A stretch of DNA of 53,758 nt from a virus (lineage: Duplodnaviria; Caudoviricetes): IMG/VR virus record IMGVR_UViG_3300035531_000094, positions 1 through 53,758 of that record; one strand, given 5' to 3'. The first letter of the stretch is position 1. Each line of letters opens with the position of its first letter. Positions 53,717 through 53,758 of this stretch are shown piece by piece. The notes under the pieces were generated by a model. The model ran no database searches, was not told the DNA's origin, and saw only the letters and a list, made by a program, of their open reading frames with translations. The position numbers were made by a program, and so were the translations under genes.

Positions 53717-53758
53717 GGTATTTTTAACGTTCATTTTTGCCCTGCTTTTATTTGCAAG
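53706..53758 (+). CDS. Partial CDS starting with a signal-peptide-like sequence
   Basis: MKNKVFLTFIFALLLFA..., running off the window end. Confidence 0.4.
   Translation, partial: MKNKVFLTFIFALLLFA

Noticed and set aside
1-53758. Integrase, reverse transcriptase, DGR template repeat, tRNA or rRNA genes
   Set aside because: No tyrosine/serine recombinase or RT motifs were recognised in the ORF track, and no second VR copy or RNA gene was found by eye. They may lie outside the window.

Overview
The window reads as most of a Bacteroidota-type tailed dsDNA phage or prophage genome, probably podovirus-like. No integrase, reverse transcriptase or lysin is recognisable inside it. From 1 to 19 kb is a leftward early/replication operon: three DNA methyltransferases plus a fragment, a DnaC-like ATPase, a replication initiator, NinG-like, MBL hydrolase, RecT, SMC/Rad50-like ATPase and KilA-N antirepressor genes. 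From 19 to 54 kb are virion genes: ejection-type proteins, a 3984-aa polyvalent protein, portal, terminase, scaffold, capsid and tail/receptor-binding genes, the last ending in a DGR-like variable region. The main discovery is at 114-7000: 13 tandem cassette-like units, each starting with GTT-N6 and carrying AAC at the start of a long imperfect hairpin. In 11 of 13 units the two ends of the same unit are reverse complements, which is the signature of integron gene cassettes and attC sites. Unlike classical cassettes, the ORFs are antisense, often start inside the hairpin loop, and four stop at the G|TTA junction. Three units contain a second, nested element (direct repeat / 14-15 bp inverted repeat / CCC(G/T)CCC-like core). 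A satellite cassette of the same type lies at 40374-40694. Product calls come from motif recognition only; no database searches were run.
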